Below, in pieces: positions 1-11,111 of a DNA stretch of 64,000 nt; the stretch's first letter is position 1, and each line of letters begins with the position of its first letter. The notes beneath the pieces were generated by a model. The model was not told the origin of the DNA. It saw only the letters and a program-made list of their open reading frames with translations, and searched no databases. A program made the translations under genes and the position numbers. Source of the stretch: a virus; IMG/VR virus record IMGVR_UViG_3300037089_000505, positions 64,001-128,000 of that record. The stretch is one strand, 5' to 3'.

Positions 1-20
1 ACTCCACTCCGGCAAATCCA

Positions 21-440
21 GTGCTCGCCTGTGCCACTGTGGAGTGGGAGTCACGGTTCAGTTGGGATGCTATTCACCGCAACCCTGATGGTTCCCACGA
101 CTGGAGATATTGGCAAATCTGCGATAAGTGGCACAATCCATATGCCTATGATGTTAAGAAACACATCAAGGCGGGTGGACAAATCATGATGGACGACTTG
201 ACAAGAGCTCACGGTAATATACTAACAGCATTGCATTATTGGAACGCTGGCAAGAATTATCCTGCTCACGTTCTCGCTATTTACTATAAGCTGAAGACGG
301 CGTTAGTAGCTCTTGAAATGTCTCCGCCGCTTGAGGCCCAAACGAGATTGGCATTTTTTGAAAAAGACAACAGCTCATTGCTTGAGCAAATTTTGCTTTT
401 TGACAACCGAAAAAAGATGAAGGAGATTAAAATAACATGA
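21..440 (+). CDS. Lytic transglycosylase (SLT/lysozyme-like) domain protein, probably 5'-partial
   Basis: ESRF..A..N.DGS.D...QI motif followed by AL..WNAG, resembling SLT motifs I-III. The frame appears open to the window edge. Confidence 0.6.
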   Translation: MLACATVEWESRFSWDAIHRNPDGSHDWRYWQICDKWHNPYAYDVKKHIKAGGQIMMDDLTRAHGNILTALHYWNAGKNYPAHVLAIYYKLKTALVALEMSPPLEAQTRLAFFEKDNSSLLEQILLFDNRKKMKEIKIT

Positions 441-484
441 GAGCTAATGAATAGCTTTGGAGCGCAATTATTCTATTAATTGTT

Positions 485-871
485 ATGGCTATAATTGGCG
501 GCTTCATTCTACTAGTCGTAAACATACCGCAACCAAAAGAATTTAAATTCACTGTCAATCTACTCTCTATGAAGAACGTTCGGTCTTTGCGGGGAGATGC
601 GGCTGGATTTTTACTTTGGAGCGGCAAGATCGGGGAAGAAGAATTCCTTTACGCTTGGGCAAAGAAGCCTAACTCAAATGAAATTTTTCGCATGGTCATC
701 CCCATAAGATGTGCAAGAATTCTAATGGATGACGATGAAAATCCGCACATGGATGGTACATATTCTTTCTATCGTGAAGTTCATCCTAGCGAGATTAGGG
801 AGTCTTGGACTCAAGCAATTCTCCACGTTCCTCACAACACTATCGTTTCAATCTATAATTTGGAGAACTAA
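485..871 (+). CDS. Membrane-anchored hypothetical protein (family ending in L-x-[ILV]-P)
   Basis: N-terminal hydrophobic helix; C-terminal AILHVP resembles the ORFs at 2137, 6567 and 30416. Confidence 0.5.
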   Translation: MAIIGGFILLVVNIPQPKEFKFTVNLLSMKNVRSLRGDAAGFLLWSGKIGEEEFLYAWAKKPNSNEIFRMVIPIRCARILMDDDENPHMDGTYSFYREVHPSEIRESWTQAILHVPHNTIVSIYNLEN

Positions 872-1500
872 CAATGTGGTGGTTTTGGCTTGTCCTTCTA
901 ATATGGGGAGCTGCAGGAGCTTCAGGGTTTATTGTCCTCCTTATGGAAGCTAGCGATAATGGCGATGACATTAGCAGTCTTGGTCTATTTGCGTTTCTGT
1001 TCTTTGCCGTCATAGGTCCTTTTGTTTGGTTGATAGTATGGCGGTATGACTCTATTAAAAAGAGAGAGGCAAGGCATAAATAAAAATGAACATGAAAAGC
1101 GACAAAGAATTACTTCATGAAACTTATGAGCTTCTAACTAAAATGCGAGACGCTCATGACAGAGCTCTCAAGGGTTGGCAAGATGCTATTGCTTTAGCGC
1201 AAAAATATGCATTAGAAGTGGGTAGACTAGAAAAAGAAGTAGAGATCTTAAAGACCGGAAGTAAAAATTAGCAAAAATGGATAAGCGAGAAGTTATTGAT
1301 TTGCTGAAAGGTTGTGTAATGAAAGTAAGAGTTTTAAGTTCTACGAGTCCAGAGGACTTAGAAGACACAATCAACGATTTTCTTGCTAATTGTCACGAGA
1401 CGACAATAGTTGACATAAAATTCAGCACATTTCCAAGCGAGGGACAGCACCTCAGAGAAGCTGAATACTCTGCATTGATAATTTATAAGGAGATTCAAAA

Positions 1501-1782
1501 ATGAAAGGTGTTCACAAAACGCACTATACATTAGACGGCGAAATTGTAGAGCGCGACATTATGTTAGACGATTATGATCGTAGGTTTGTTATGCACAATG
1601 CATCTAGCGTCACTATTGACGTTGCAAATGATGTGCCCAAATTCTATGACTATAAATCAGGCCGGACAATATCTTTGGCGAGAGCCATTCTTGAGAACCG
1701 CCGAAAGCTTATTCGGAAACCGAGGGTCACAACAAAAAATGGCGACCCATACGATTTGAGAATCGAAAATCTAAACTTTTAG
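1501..1782 (+). CDS. Degenerate HNH-like (HNH_3-type) protein
   Basis: LARAIL...VTTKNGDPYDLRIENL parallels the LHR.I...VDHINGD..DNR..NL pattern, but the His residues are missing. Confidence 0.45.
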   Translation: MKGVHKTHYTLDGEIVERDIMLDDYDRRFVMHNASSVTIDVANDVPKFYDYKSGRTISLARAILENRRKLIRKPRVTTKNGDPYDLRIENLNF

Positions 1783-1790
1783 GAGGAGCC

Positions 1791-2063
1791 ATGAAGTTAG
1801 TCAAAACAAGTATTGCTGTTGCAGTAATGCTACTGTTGGCGACAGCTGTCTTTGCACAGAGCACTGTCGTTCTCAGAATCAACAACAATACAGTATTCAG
1901 TGTCAATATTTATATTGACGATATTTTTGTGGGAGTTATAAGCCCATACAGTTATTCTTTTGCCAGAGTTCCGTATGGAAGCCACGTAGTATACGCTACG
2001 GCACCTGGAACCAGTATTACTTGGGGTCCGTCAGTAATCTATGATCAGGGAATATACACCTGA
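1791..2063 (+). CDS. Secreted beta-sandwich (PEGA-like) 'WGP' family protein
   Basis: Signal peptide (AVFA/Q); N.T...V.IYID....G.I.P...G.H.....WGP pattern; strong SD (AGGAGG). Confidence 0.6.
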   Translation: MKLVKTSIAVAVMLLLATAVFAQSTVVLRINNNTVFSVNIYIDDIFVGVISPYSYSFARVPYGSHVVYATAPGTSITWGPSVIYDQGIYT

Positions 2064-2136
2064 CCTTGAACTTGAATCCATAACATAGTAACGCTAGCAG
2101 CGTTACTATTCACTTTAACGTTAGAAAGGACTTGGA

Positions 2137-2601
2137 ATGATCTTATTCTATCTTGGTGGGCTGTGGGTAATCGCAATGGTAGGCTGCCTCGTTGTAGACC
2201 TAAAGAAGGAAGAGCTGGTGAAGACCAAGAATTCACCTACGTTTTGGGTCGGTCTATGTGGTGGAGCAGGCGTGATTCTAATTGGAATCTTAGTTTGTGC
2301 TCATAGCGTAGCGATACCTGAAAGCAAATACTTACTAAGCGAAGACTCGAAAATGACTTTGCAAAACTCACAGCTCCAAGTCCTCCCTCAGACTAGCGAT
2401 ACAAACGTATTTCATTTAGCGGTTCAAACTCCGAACGGATTTGAATATTTAAATCAAACAATAAATAGTGTTTCATTTGAGGGAGACACTATAATCCTCG
2501 AAAAAATAGTAAAGCGAGTGGACTGGAAATTCTTTAATTTGGGTTTCAGCAAAGTTACTTACAACTTAATTCTTCCTATCCGAACTGTAAGAGCATGGTG
2601 A
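2137..2601 (+). CDS. Two-TM membrane protein (family ending in Y/W-x-L-x-L-P)
   Basis: Two hydrophobic helices; C-terminal FFNLGFSKVTYNLILP. Confidence 0.5.
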   Translation: MILFYLGGLWVIAMVGCLVVDLKKEELVKTKNSPTFWVGLCGGAGVILIGILVCAHSVAIPESKYLLSEDSKMTLQNSQLQVLPQTSDTNVFHLAVQTPNGFEYLNQTINSVSFEGDTIILEKIVKRVDWKFFNLGFSKVTYNLILPIRTVRAW

Positions 2602-2751
2602 CAACATGGGAAAGAAGACACAGATGGCCGAACTACAAGAACGCATAGCGCAGGAATTGCGAGAAACTTTTCCAGAGCATTTCGGCGGACATGGGGCATG
2701 TGCAATTCGGATCTTATCTATGATAAAACAAAGCTACGTGAAAGGATCTGA

Positions 2752-3543
2752 ATGAAATATACAATCGTCCTATTTTTCTTTTTTTGTGCGTCAATAGTTT
2801 TTGCTCAAGATGGCCCACTACCAACAGCCTTACCAGCTGATAGAGAAATAATTCCTATTTTAATCTATCACGCAATCCGTCCAGTAAGACCCACTGACAC
2901 GCCCTTTGTATTGAATTACGTTTGCACACCTGAAACCCTAGAAAAAGAATTGTCCTTCTTAAAAGCGGCCGGATACACTTCAATAAGTTTTGCCGATTTA
3001 GTAGCACACTTTAAAAGCGACAAGCCTTTACCAAAAAGCCCAATCATCATTTCTTTTGATGACTCATGGGAAGATCAATATACATACGGCGTTCCTCTTC
3101 TAATAAAGTATGGATTCAAGGCCACTTTCTTTATTATTGCCGGCGCTATGGGCGCTCCATATTACATGACTTGGGATGAAGTAAAAATGCTAAGTTCTAT
3201 GGGAATGGAAATTGGCGGTCATACTTGGTCTCATCCTTACCTCGTACAAATTCGCAGACTTCCAGTTTTAGATAAAGAACTTGTATATTCGAAGAAAGTT
3301 CTTGAGGACCAGATTGGAAAACCAATTACTGCTTTTGCTTATCCGTATGGACTTTACAACGATGTGCTAATAAATCTACTCAAGAAAGCCGGATACACAA
3401 GCGCTCGAACTACTTATCCAGGCATTGCTCATTCTGAAAAGGATCTGTTCAATCTCACTGGTCTTATCAGGACTGAGAATATGGCATACTTCACTAATGA
3501 CTTGAATGAGTATTTTAGTGAATACGAGGACATCGCGAAATAG
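2752..3543 (+). CDS. Secreted polysaccharide deacetylase (CE4/NodB family)
   Basis: Signal peptide; PILIYH, ISFDD, EIGGHTWSHP and FAYPYG motifs. Confidence 0.92.
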   Translation: MKYTIVLFFFFCASIVFAQDGPLPTALPADREIIPILIYHAIRPVRPTDTPFVLNYVCTPETLEKELSFLKAAGYTSISFADLVAHFKSDKPLPKSPIIISFDDSWEDQYTYGVPLLIKYGFKATFFIIAGAMGAPYYMTWDEVKMLSSMGMEIGGHTWSHPYLVQIRRLPVLDKELVYSKKVLEDQIGKPITAFAYPYGLYNDVLINLLKKAGYTSARTTYPGIAHSEKDLFNLTGLIRTENMAYFTNDLNEYFSEYEDIAK

Positions 3544-4005
3544 GAGGGTAAGGGTATGTTTTTCACCGCAGCTCTTTGGATGTTGATCTTGGGCAAGATT
3601 GGCGGGATTTTTCTCGCAGCGGCAATCTTGTCTTCTGCCACCGCTATTATCGCCGGAATTTTCTGGGCCGTCAATGCCTATGAATCAGAAGACGATAACC
3701 AAAAAGAAGGCGATACAAACTTTGATTGGAAAGTCAAGTCTAAAAAGATTTGCACTTCCTGGCTTGTCGTAGCAATCATCAGCATTTTCATTACGACATT
3801 TACCCCCTCTACAAAGGAATTGATCCTTTTAGCCACCTTCAAAGGCGTCGATCAGTATAACACAACTCATCCCAATTCCTTGATTTCTGTCAATGGAATT
3901 GTGGGAACAGCCGATGACGTCATGAAGGTTTTCCAGGATTCACTCACTAAGGTGGAGCAGATGATCAATCCGCCGCCAGCTCCTGCAAAATAATTCGGAG
4001 GCAAC

Positions 4006-4539
4006 ATGAAACGATTTGCTATTCTCATAAGTGTTCTTATGCTCGGCATTATATTGCCGCTCGCTGCCCAAAGCAATGTAGGACAGCTATGGGTAAGAAA
4101 CCATTCCTCTTACGTAATCAACTTCTACCTTGATGGCAACTTCATTGGCAGTCTAGTGCCTCTAACAGAATCAAAACTTCCAGTTAGCGTAGGCACTCAT
4201 ACTATTTCTGGAGTCGCCGCTAACAACTCAAACTCTACTTGGGGTCCTAGTCAATTCGTTATGACTGAAAACGGTTATGTTGAAAACTACTGGGACAGCA
4301 ATGTAGCAGTGCCACAAATGACTTGGTTTAAGATCATTAACAAAACTAATCATACGCTGAACATTGATCTTGACGGTCGAACACTTCCTGGCACTGCTGC
4401 TCCCAACTCAGAAACGGTAATCAATCTTTCAGTGGGCAGTCACACAATAACTGCTACTGCTGACGGCTTGAGGTGGGGTCCATTCACTTTCTATGACACT
4501 AGTAGCGGATGGGATTGGACGCTTACACAAACAAACTAA
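4006..4539 (+). CDS. Secreted protein with two 'WGP' PEGA-like repeats
   Basis: Signal peptide; two internal copies of N......LDG...G...P....SVG.HTI....WGP. Confidence 0.65.
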   Translation: MKRFAILISVLMLGIILPLAAQSNVGQLWVRNHSSYVINFYLDGNFIGSLVPLTESKLPVSVGTHTISGVAANNSNSTWGPSQFVMTENGYVENYWDSNVAVPQMTWFKIINKTNHTLNIDLDGRTLPGTAAPNSETVINLSVGSHTITATADGLRWGPFTFYDTSSGWDWTLTQTN

Positions 4540-4548
4540 GGAGATGAA

Positions 4549-4893
4549 ATGAGACTTATACCTAAACTTATACCTATTCTTCTATTGGTGCTTCTGCCGG
4601 TGTTTGCCTTTACGCAGACAAACAGCATGCCGGCACCTGCAGTAATTCCTCCAGTAGCAATGCCAATAATCACGACGGCGCCTTCAGCAACGACTGTTAA
4701 TGTGATTAACCGCACGACATTTGAATTGACTATTCTCGTGGACCATGTTTCAGTAGGAACATTGGCCCCACAGAGACAGGCAAATGTTATTGTATCTGAA
4801 GACGTTCATGTGTGGACGGCTACCAACGATAAGGGCCAGACCTGGGGTCCTATCACGATGGAAGGTCCTCACGTTTGGAATCTTGTACCATAA
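4549..4893 (+). CDS. Secreted 'WGP' family protein with a Pro/Ala linker
   Basis: Signal peptide; VINRT...VD...GTLAP...H.W.A....TWGP. Confidence 0.6.
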   Translation: MRLIPKLIPILLLVLLPVFAFTQTNSMPAPAVIPPVAMPIITTAPSATTVNVINRTTFELTILVDHVSVGTLAPQRQANVIVSEDVHVWTATNDKGQTWGPITMEGPHVWNLVP

Positions 4894-4937
4894 TCGGCGG
4901 TGCCGATTTCTCTAATTCTTTTTTGGAGGTCTCTATA

Positions 4938-5723
4938 ATGAAGAGATTTTTGATTATCGCTCTTGTCGTCTTGAGCATTGTATTGCCCACGGCGACATTC
5001 GCACAGCAGATGGCACCAGCAACGCCGATTGCCCCCGAGACGCCGCAGGCACCTCCTGCAACTATCGGACCTTCACAGCCGATTGCACCAGCACCAGCAC
5101 CAGCGCCAGTCGTTATCATTCCGTCTTGGACCAACAAGGACTTCTGGGTAGGCACATCATTTGACTTGGGCTTGCCATATACTGGCTTCGTAGTAACGGC
5201 AAATCAGAACCTTAGTAATACTCCGATCCTTGGTTGCAGCGTCTCGCCATTTACCTTTGATGGTATTTTGAATCTTGACCTTGGATACACTCCTATCAAG
5301 CTTGATACCTTTCATCTTGGTGGAATGATTCGACTGTCTGGAGCTCTTTCTTTTACATACATTGGATCTCGATCTGGTTGGGATGGCTATTATTACGGTA
5401 ATGATACTGTAAGTGAATACGCACTTACAAGCTGGTTTGCAATTTCACCTATGATTGCTGGCCGTATTCAACTTGCCGGAAATTCTACGCTTGTTCTAGC
5501 TTTTGGAGCTTCATATTATTCATATGGCGATTATGAGGTAATATTTTCTGATACTGCTGGTGATCCAGCTTTTAACCAGAGCGCATCAGCTCCTACAACT
5601 GGGGCGATAGGCGCCAGTGGATGGAAACCTGCTGCATTACTTCAGTTAGTTGAAGGAAGCTTTACTACTGAGCTTGGTCTTACCGGACCAGACTTCTACG
5701 TCGGCTGCGGATACGCTTTTTAA
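4938..5723 (+). CDS. Putative outer-membrane beta-barrel protein
   Basis: SD GGAGG before ATG 4938; signal peptide, Pro-rich linker, alternating beta-strand pattern and C-terminal YVGCGYAF (aromatic beta-signal-like). Confidence 0.55.
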   Translation: MKRFLIIALVVLSIVLPTATFAQQMAPATPIAPETPQAPPATIGPSQPIAPAPAPAPVVIIPSWTNKDFWVGTSFDLGLPYTGFVVTANQNLSNTPILGCSVSPFTFDGILNLDLGYTPIKLDTFHLGGMIRLSGALSFTYIGSRSGWDGYYYGNDTVSEYALTSWFAISPMIAGRIQLAGNSTLVLAFGASYYSYGDYEVIFSDTAGDPAFNQSASAPTTGAIGASGWKPAALLQLVEGSFTTELGLTGPDFYVGCGYAF

Positions 5724-5740
5724 GTTCTTTCGATTTTCTT

Positions 5741-5766
5741 AGGCAGGGCCAAAAACCCTGCCTTTG
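5741..5766 (+). terminator. Intrinsic terminator-like hairpin
   Basis: AGGCAGGG-ccaaaaa-CCCTGCCT followed by a short T run. Confidence 0.5.
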
Positions 5767-5789
5767 TTGCGTGAAAAGAGGATCTCTAA

Positions 5790-6563
5790 ATGTTAGGATT
5801 ATTCTTGGCCCTTAATCTAACCTTAATGCCACCAAACGTAAATCTCTTTGATTATAACAGTCCTTTAGTAAGTGGAGATTATGCCAGTAGCTTAGTAGAA
5901 GATATCAATCTTGAAGCACAAATCAGATTGTTCAACTTTCTTTACGTAGGAGGAAGTGTAGGGACTATTACACACGACGAATCTCTTAGTGCATTTAATT
6001 TTGTCCCTACGTATGAGAAATATACTTTCGATGCTGGAATTGATTATGTAAATCCGACTGATAAGAAAGCTGGATTTAAGTTCGGTTGGATTCATGAATG
6101 TATTCATCCTACAAACATCTATAAAACTGGTGGCGGCACATATGAGGGTTCATATGATTTACTTTTCACAAACATCTATGACCATAAAGGACCATTTGAT
6201 CTTGGCTTTGAAGAAGGCCTGTATCTGAATTACGGCTTTGAAGATTACTCATATTCTACTGTAATAGATCCTCGTCCACTTATGTTTACTGGCTCCTATC
6301 AAAAAATTCATCTTGATCCTTTCTATTTAGCCTTTGACGAAAAGGTTTATCTGCATGAAGTAGCAGCTCATGAGGATGTTTGGAAAAGTCTTTATTCTAC
6401 CTTTCAGGCTGAAGCCGGCATAGATCTTAATGATATGGTATTTGGGGTTAGATGGAACAACGTAGATCCATTAGCTCCTTTACTTTGGGCTGAAGGTGTC
6501 CAGATTACCACAAAAGGATACTTCAGTGTCTTTATGACCTTCAAACTTGAAACAGAGAGGTGA
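5790..6563 (+). CDS. Putative outer-membrane beta-barrel-like protein
   Basis: Aromatic-rich amphipathic strands; HECIHP motif; ends in YFSVFMTFKL. Confidence 0.4.
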   Translation: MLGLFLALNLTLMPPNVNLFDYNSPLVSGDYASSLVEDINLEAQIRLFNFLYVGGSVGTITHDESLSAFNFVPTYEKYTFDAGIDYVNPTDKKAGFKFGWIHECIHPTNIYKTGGGTYEGSYDLLFTNIYDHKGPFDLGFEEGLYLNYGFEDYSYSTVIDPRPLMFTGSYQKIHLDPFYLAFDEKVYLHEVAAHEDVWKSLYSTFQAEAGIDLNDMVFGVRWNNVDPLAPLLWAEGVQITTKGYFSVFMTFKLETER

Positions 6564-6566
6564 AAC

Positions 6567-7037
6567 ATGTGGTTTCTGATTGCTTGGCTGATAGCTTGGT
6601 TTTTCATTGCCATTGCTGTTGGTTGGACTGATGAAGCATTTAGTGGCGTCGCTACTTTCTTTCTCGGCGGCGTAGTTCTGGGACTTTTTGTCGTCCTTGG
6701 AGTTCTTATAGGCACTGAGTCCATCAGCACTAGTAAATATACACTCGTTTCTAACGAGAAGGTCTATTACAGTCGCGATAGCGGTCAGAACGACCAAAGA
6801 ATAAAGATTGTAAAAGGCTCAGACGGGAAAGCTCAACTAATGATAGTGGGAGCTGGAGAACATGAAACCTATCTGGTGTCAAACTGCGGACTACACAGTA
6901 TTACCGTCAGCACAGACAATGAATTCTACCTACAGAAAATTACTCGCCACCTTGAAAGAGGATGGTTCAATTTCGGAAACACAACTGAGGAATGGAATCT
7001 AGTGCTTCCTAAAACATTGGGCCTCGAGATAAACTAA
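6567..7037 (+). CDS. Two-TM membrane protein (family ending in W-x-L-x-L-P)
   Basis: Two TM helices; C-terminal WFNFGNTTEEWNLVLP, similar to the ORF at 2137. Confidence 0.5.
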   Translation: MWFLIAWLIAWFFIAIAVGWTDEAFSGVATFFLGGVVLGLFVVLGVLIGTESISTSKYTLVSNEKVYYSRDSGQNDQRIKIVKGSDGKAQLMIVGAGEHETYLVSNCGLHSITVSTDNEFYLQKITRHLERGWFNFGNTTEEWNLVLPKTLGLEIN

Positions 7038-8261
7038 AAATGAAGTGTCCTGACTGTAAAGGCGAATGTGGAGAATATGAGGCTGTCTTGTATAAAGGAG
7101 CTGGAGGCGGCCCGTGGAACATGTGCGACTTCTGTGAAGGCAATGGGACAGTATCATTCTTTCAATGGCTGTCATGGAAGTGCTCTGTTCTTTTCGAAAA
7201 TATAAGAAAAAGATGAAAACATTTTTAGTCATAACCATCTTTTTGATTTGTGCTATTATGACAAGTTTTGGACAAGTGAAAGATTTGGTAATGGCCTCTG
7301 AAAAACTTTGGGGACAACCAAAGGAAACTATAATCCAGAACTTACACCATCTTGCTGAAGAAAGAACACAGCTCGTAAATAACACATTGCTTGATGTGGT
7401 AACTTACTTATCAGGTGATCATAAGTCCACTGATTTGTATTTCAAGGACAACGTGTTGGTTATGATCCAACGTTTCTTTTATGGTCCTAATGACAAATTA
7501 GACCGCTGGATAGAAATTGCGACTAAAGAAATGGGTCCATCAACGAATGATAGTGAAGTTAGCCCGCAATGGATTACAGCTAATTCAATTGTGACTTTAC
7601 GAGAAGCACGAGGTAGTTATGTTCTTTTGGAGATCAAAGGAAAAAATCTATGAAGCCAAAAAATAAAACATACCTGATGATTTACTTGGCTCACGAAGAT
7701 GACGGTTATCAAATCAAGCGAGTGACTGGCGAACAAATTCGCCAAGAAGTAAAGAAGGGTAATCAAGAATTCACTTTGATTGATGGCATCATTTTGAAAT
7801 CAGAGCATAACAAAATAGACGTCACAAATCTATGAAACTACGAGTAGGGTATGACGGAACAAGATACACGGTACAGTATAAGTCTTTCTTGTTCTGGCAC
7901 ATATTGAGAGAAGGTTGGAGAAACTGGCACGACTATTCGTTCTACAAAGATTTTTGTTGGAACGACAAAATGACTTTTGAGACTTTTGAACATGCGTATA
8001 ATGAGGCCGAAACTTTTAAATTCAAGTTTGCTCGTTCTTCTAAAAAGACGGCCTATCATGTATTAGACAAAAACAAAATAGATTGGAGACTACATGGCTG
8101 AATTTCCCCAAGAAACTAAGAAGAGTGATAATTGCAACAACTGCTATCACAGAGACAAAATCGGCGCGGGACCTTTTTGTAAATATCACGCTATGATGGA
8201 AATTAGATTGAATTGGGTTTGCGACCATTGGAAAGAAAGCATTCATAAATAAAGGAGTTTT

Positions 8262-8657
8262 ATGAAAACGTTTTTAATCGCTATTGTAGCGATGTGTGTA
8301 GTGTTGGGTTGTGCAACAGTGAAAAAAGAAGCAGTCCTAATTGATGGCATTCCGTATATTCTACCAGTGCCGCCAGCTGCGCCTGACAATCCGCATCATA
8401 GTGGGCCTGCTGCTACCAATCCTACCAATTCTGATCCTGCGCCAACGCTAACTGTCCCGACAACTGGAGGCGATAATAATGGAGCTGGTGGCAATAGCAA
8501 TACTGGATCAAGCGGCAATAACAATAACAACAACAATGGATCAGGCAGTAACAAAGACCATCCAGATAAAAGCAAAAATCACGACAACGGCCATCACAGC
8601 AAAGATAAGGATCACGACAGTCATCGCGGCGAATCCAAACGTGGTCGCCACAGATAA
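8262..8657 (+). CDS. Lipoprotein with Pro-, Gly/Asn- and His/Lys/Asp-rich low-complexity tail
   Basis: Lipobox VLGC; poly-Asn run; HHSKDKDHDSHR. Confidence 0.6.
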   Translation: MKTFLIAIVAMCVVLGCATVKKEAVLIDGIPYILPVPPAAPDNPHHSGPAATNPTNSDPAPTLTVPTTGGDNNGAGGNSNTGSSGNNNNNNNGSGSNKDHPDKSKNHDNGHHSKDKDHDSHRGESKRGRHR

Positions 8658-8678
8658 GATAATTGCTGGAGGCAAAAT

Positions 8679-9113
8679 ATGAAAAAACTAGCCCTCGTTT
8701 TAATAGCATCTCTTTTTGTATTACTCGCAGGATGTCTTCTACCTAATTTTCCATATGCATTTTACGTAACTGATCAAACAGTAATAACTCCTGCACCTGT
8801 ACCCACAGCAGCTCCCGCGGGAGATAATTGGGTTTATGCTCCTGATTATGGTTGGGTATATTGGGACAACTCTTGGGTATATTTGAATGACAGTTGGGTT
8901 TATTGGCCAGCTTTTGATTTCAATGTCTATCAATATTACAGAGTTCATCCCTTTCTTCAGTACCATCATTACTATGGTGGACATCAAATAAATAGAAGCT
9001 ATATACCCGAACAGGATAGCCGCGGCACATCGAGACGGTGTGGGGCGTGGCGAAGACAACACCCAGGATTTAAGCCACACAATTGGTCGCCAAGACCTCA
9101 TCAGGGACGCTAA
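8679..9113 (+). CDS. Lipoprotein with WVY repeats
   Basis: Lipobox LAGC; four W-V-Y units. Confidence 0.55.
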   Translation: MKKLALVLIASLFVLLAGCLLPNFPYAFYVTDQTVITPAPVPTAAPAGDNWVYAPDYGWVYWDNSWVYLNDSWVYWPAFDFNVYQYYRVHPFLQYHHYYGGHQINRSYIPEQDSRGTSRRCGAWRRQHPGFKPHNWSPRPHQGR

Positions 9114-9346
9114 AGGAGTATAATATGAGTTGGGGAATTGCAATTGTTCTTTGGTTTGTGTTTGGTTTTATAGGCTACCTTATCGGTAACCCAAAAAATC
9201 GACCAGTTCTTGGTTTTGTGCTAGGGTTTCTTTTGGGCATAATCGGAATTATCATCATGATATGCCTTAAGCCGAAGGTATTGACTGTCGATCAGCCACC
9301 CACGGCAGATCAGCCGCCTACTACTGGCGCATAACAGGAGTCATAT

Positions 9347-9643
9347 ATGAAATTGAAATTAGGTCTTTTGATTGGGCTGATGGCGATGTTGTTTCTAGCA
9401 AGCTGTGCGACTGTTCCGGTTCACGCTCCAGTCATTCTTCAAGTCAACAACTTCACTCTATTTGCCGTCAGTATTTACGTCGATGACGTTTATCTTGGAA
9501 CGATGCAGCCTTTCACTAAAGACGCTGTCCATATTTCCTACGGCTATCATAAGCTTTTTGGTAAGGCAATCGGAACAAGTCTCGTTTGGGGACCAACTTA
9601 TATTACCGATACTGAAAGCTACAAATGGAATCTTACAGAATAG
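9347..9643 (+). CDS. Lipoprotein of the 'WGP' PEGA-like family
   Basis: Lipobox LASC; NNFT...IYVDDVYLG...YGYH...WGP; clear paralog of the ORF at 1791. Confidence 0.65.
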   Translation: MKLKLGLLIGLMAMLFLASCATVPVHAPVILQVNNFTLFAVSIYVDDVYLGTMQPFTKDAVHISYGYHKLFGKAIGTSLVWGPTYITDTESYKWNLTE

Positions 9644-9651
9644 GAGATAAT

Positions 9652-10296
9652 ATGAAGAAAATTCTTTTCTTAGCAATAGTGCTAGTTGCGCTTATTCTGC
9701 CAGCTACAGTATTTGCTGCCGATCAATTCATTGATATGTTCATTGGCGGTGGAACTACGGGACTTACTGGAACATATGATGGTTATTATCCTAATGATTT
9801 TGTCAATCACGGACATACAATAAATATTTCTAACTCCACATTTGATTTTGTGTTTGGAGTAGATTATTATTGGGTGCTAAATAAAGAGCACACTTTCTGG
9901 ATGGGAATCGGAAGTACATTATCTATGGCTTATCCAGCCTTAAATAGCGTTTCGCCAGAAACTATATCAATAGATGTTCCGTTTGAATATCTTTTTTCAC
10001 CACACTTCTCAATAGTAGTGAAACCATCTTTACTTGGTATGTGGATGCCAGCGTCGCTAAATAAATTTTCAAGTGCAGACCTAACTGGAATTGGTTTTAG
10101 TATTGCTGCAGGGCCAGCTTATTACTTTGACGAACATGAAAATATAGGCGTCTGCCTATTAGCGGGATATAAATATTTACCCGCAAGTTGTACTGATGAA
10201 ACTGGCAAATATAAGACAACGTTTACTGGTGGCGGACCTTTCGTATCATTATATCTCTCGTTTGAGCTATGGTCAGACGATCAGGTTGAGGAATAA
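9652..10296 (+). CDS. Putative outer-membrane beta-barrel protein
   Basis: SD AGGAG; signal peptide; amphipathic strands such as GFSIAAGPAYYF and LLAGYKY. Confidence 0.45.
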   Translation: MKKILFLAIVLVALILPATVFAADQFIDMFIGGGTTGLTGTYDGYYPNDFVNHGHTINISNSTFDFVFGVDYYWVLNKEHTFWMGIGSTLSMAYPALNSVSPETISIDVPFEYLFSPHFSIVVKPSLLGMWMPASLNKFSSADLTGIGFSIAAGPAYYFDEHENIGVCLLAGYKYLPASCTDETGKYKTTFTGGGPFVSLYLSFELWSDDQVEE

Positions 10297-10742
10297 AATA
10301 TGAAGAAGCTTTTCTTTTTGGTCCTTGTAATAATAGGGCTCGTTCTACCGTTGTCCGCCTTTGCAGCAGATGTGGGCACTCTGTTTTATTGGGGCAACAG
10401 CGTTAGCTTTGTCGAGACAACTATGGCCGCTAATTCAAAGGCTGAATTTTTGCAGAAGTTTGATATTGGCAAAACATGGTATCTAACTTACAGTGTAGAC
10501 TTCTATGGTGAAAAAGCCCAACTGAGTTATTTATTTGACGACTCTGGACTTTATCAAGTCGTTTGGTATCCGTTGAGTTACGACCAGGCTCAAGCAGTGA
10601 AGTCAGATTTTACTAAAAACATGGGACGACCGCCAACTGTAAGAAGCGACTATGTTTATTGGATAAAAGAACACCGAACGGAAATTAAAATTTACAAGGT
10701 TAATGATGAACTTAGACTTATAATGTTCAGGTGGGAGGAACC

Positions 10743-11111
10743 ATGAAAAAGATTTTTCTTTCTTTCATTCTATTAATTGCCGTTGCTTTTATGGCAAGTG
10801 CAGCAACAGCTTTTGTGATAGGAACTGATTTAATTAGCTGGAATGCCGACTTCAAGGTTTTTATTACTGGGGGAACAGACTACAGTTCGGTCACTGTCTT
10901 TCGTTTTATGGAATATGTCTGTGGAGTGGTCGACGCTAACTTTGATTTGGGTGGCAGCAAAGGACCGACGTGGTTTAAACTACCTATCGGAACAACCGTC
11001 AGAGATGTTTCAGTTGTAGTCAGTAATTATCTAGACAACCATCCAGAAAAAACCAACGAGAGCGGAGCTTTTATTGTGGTAGAAGCTTTGTCTAACGCTT
11101 TTCCACATTAA
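10743..11111 (+). CDS. Rap1a/Tai-family immunity-like periplasmic protein
   Basis: Signal peptide; YVCGVVDA...LP.G.T...V..VV.NYL..HPE.....GA..V..AL..AFP pattern. Confidence 0.7.
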   Translation: MKKIFLSFILLIAVAFMASAATAFVIGTDLISWNADFKVFITGGTDYSSVTVFRFMEYVCGVVDANFDLGGSKGPTWFKLPIGTTVRDVSVVVSNYLDNHPEKTNESGAFIVVEALSNAFPH

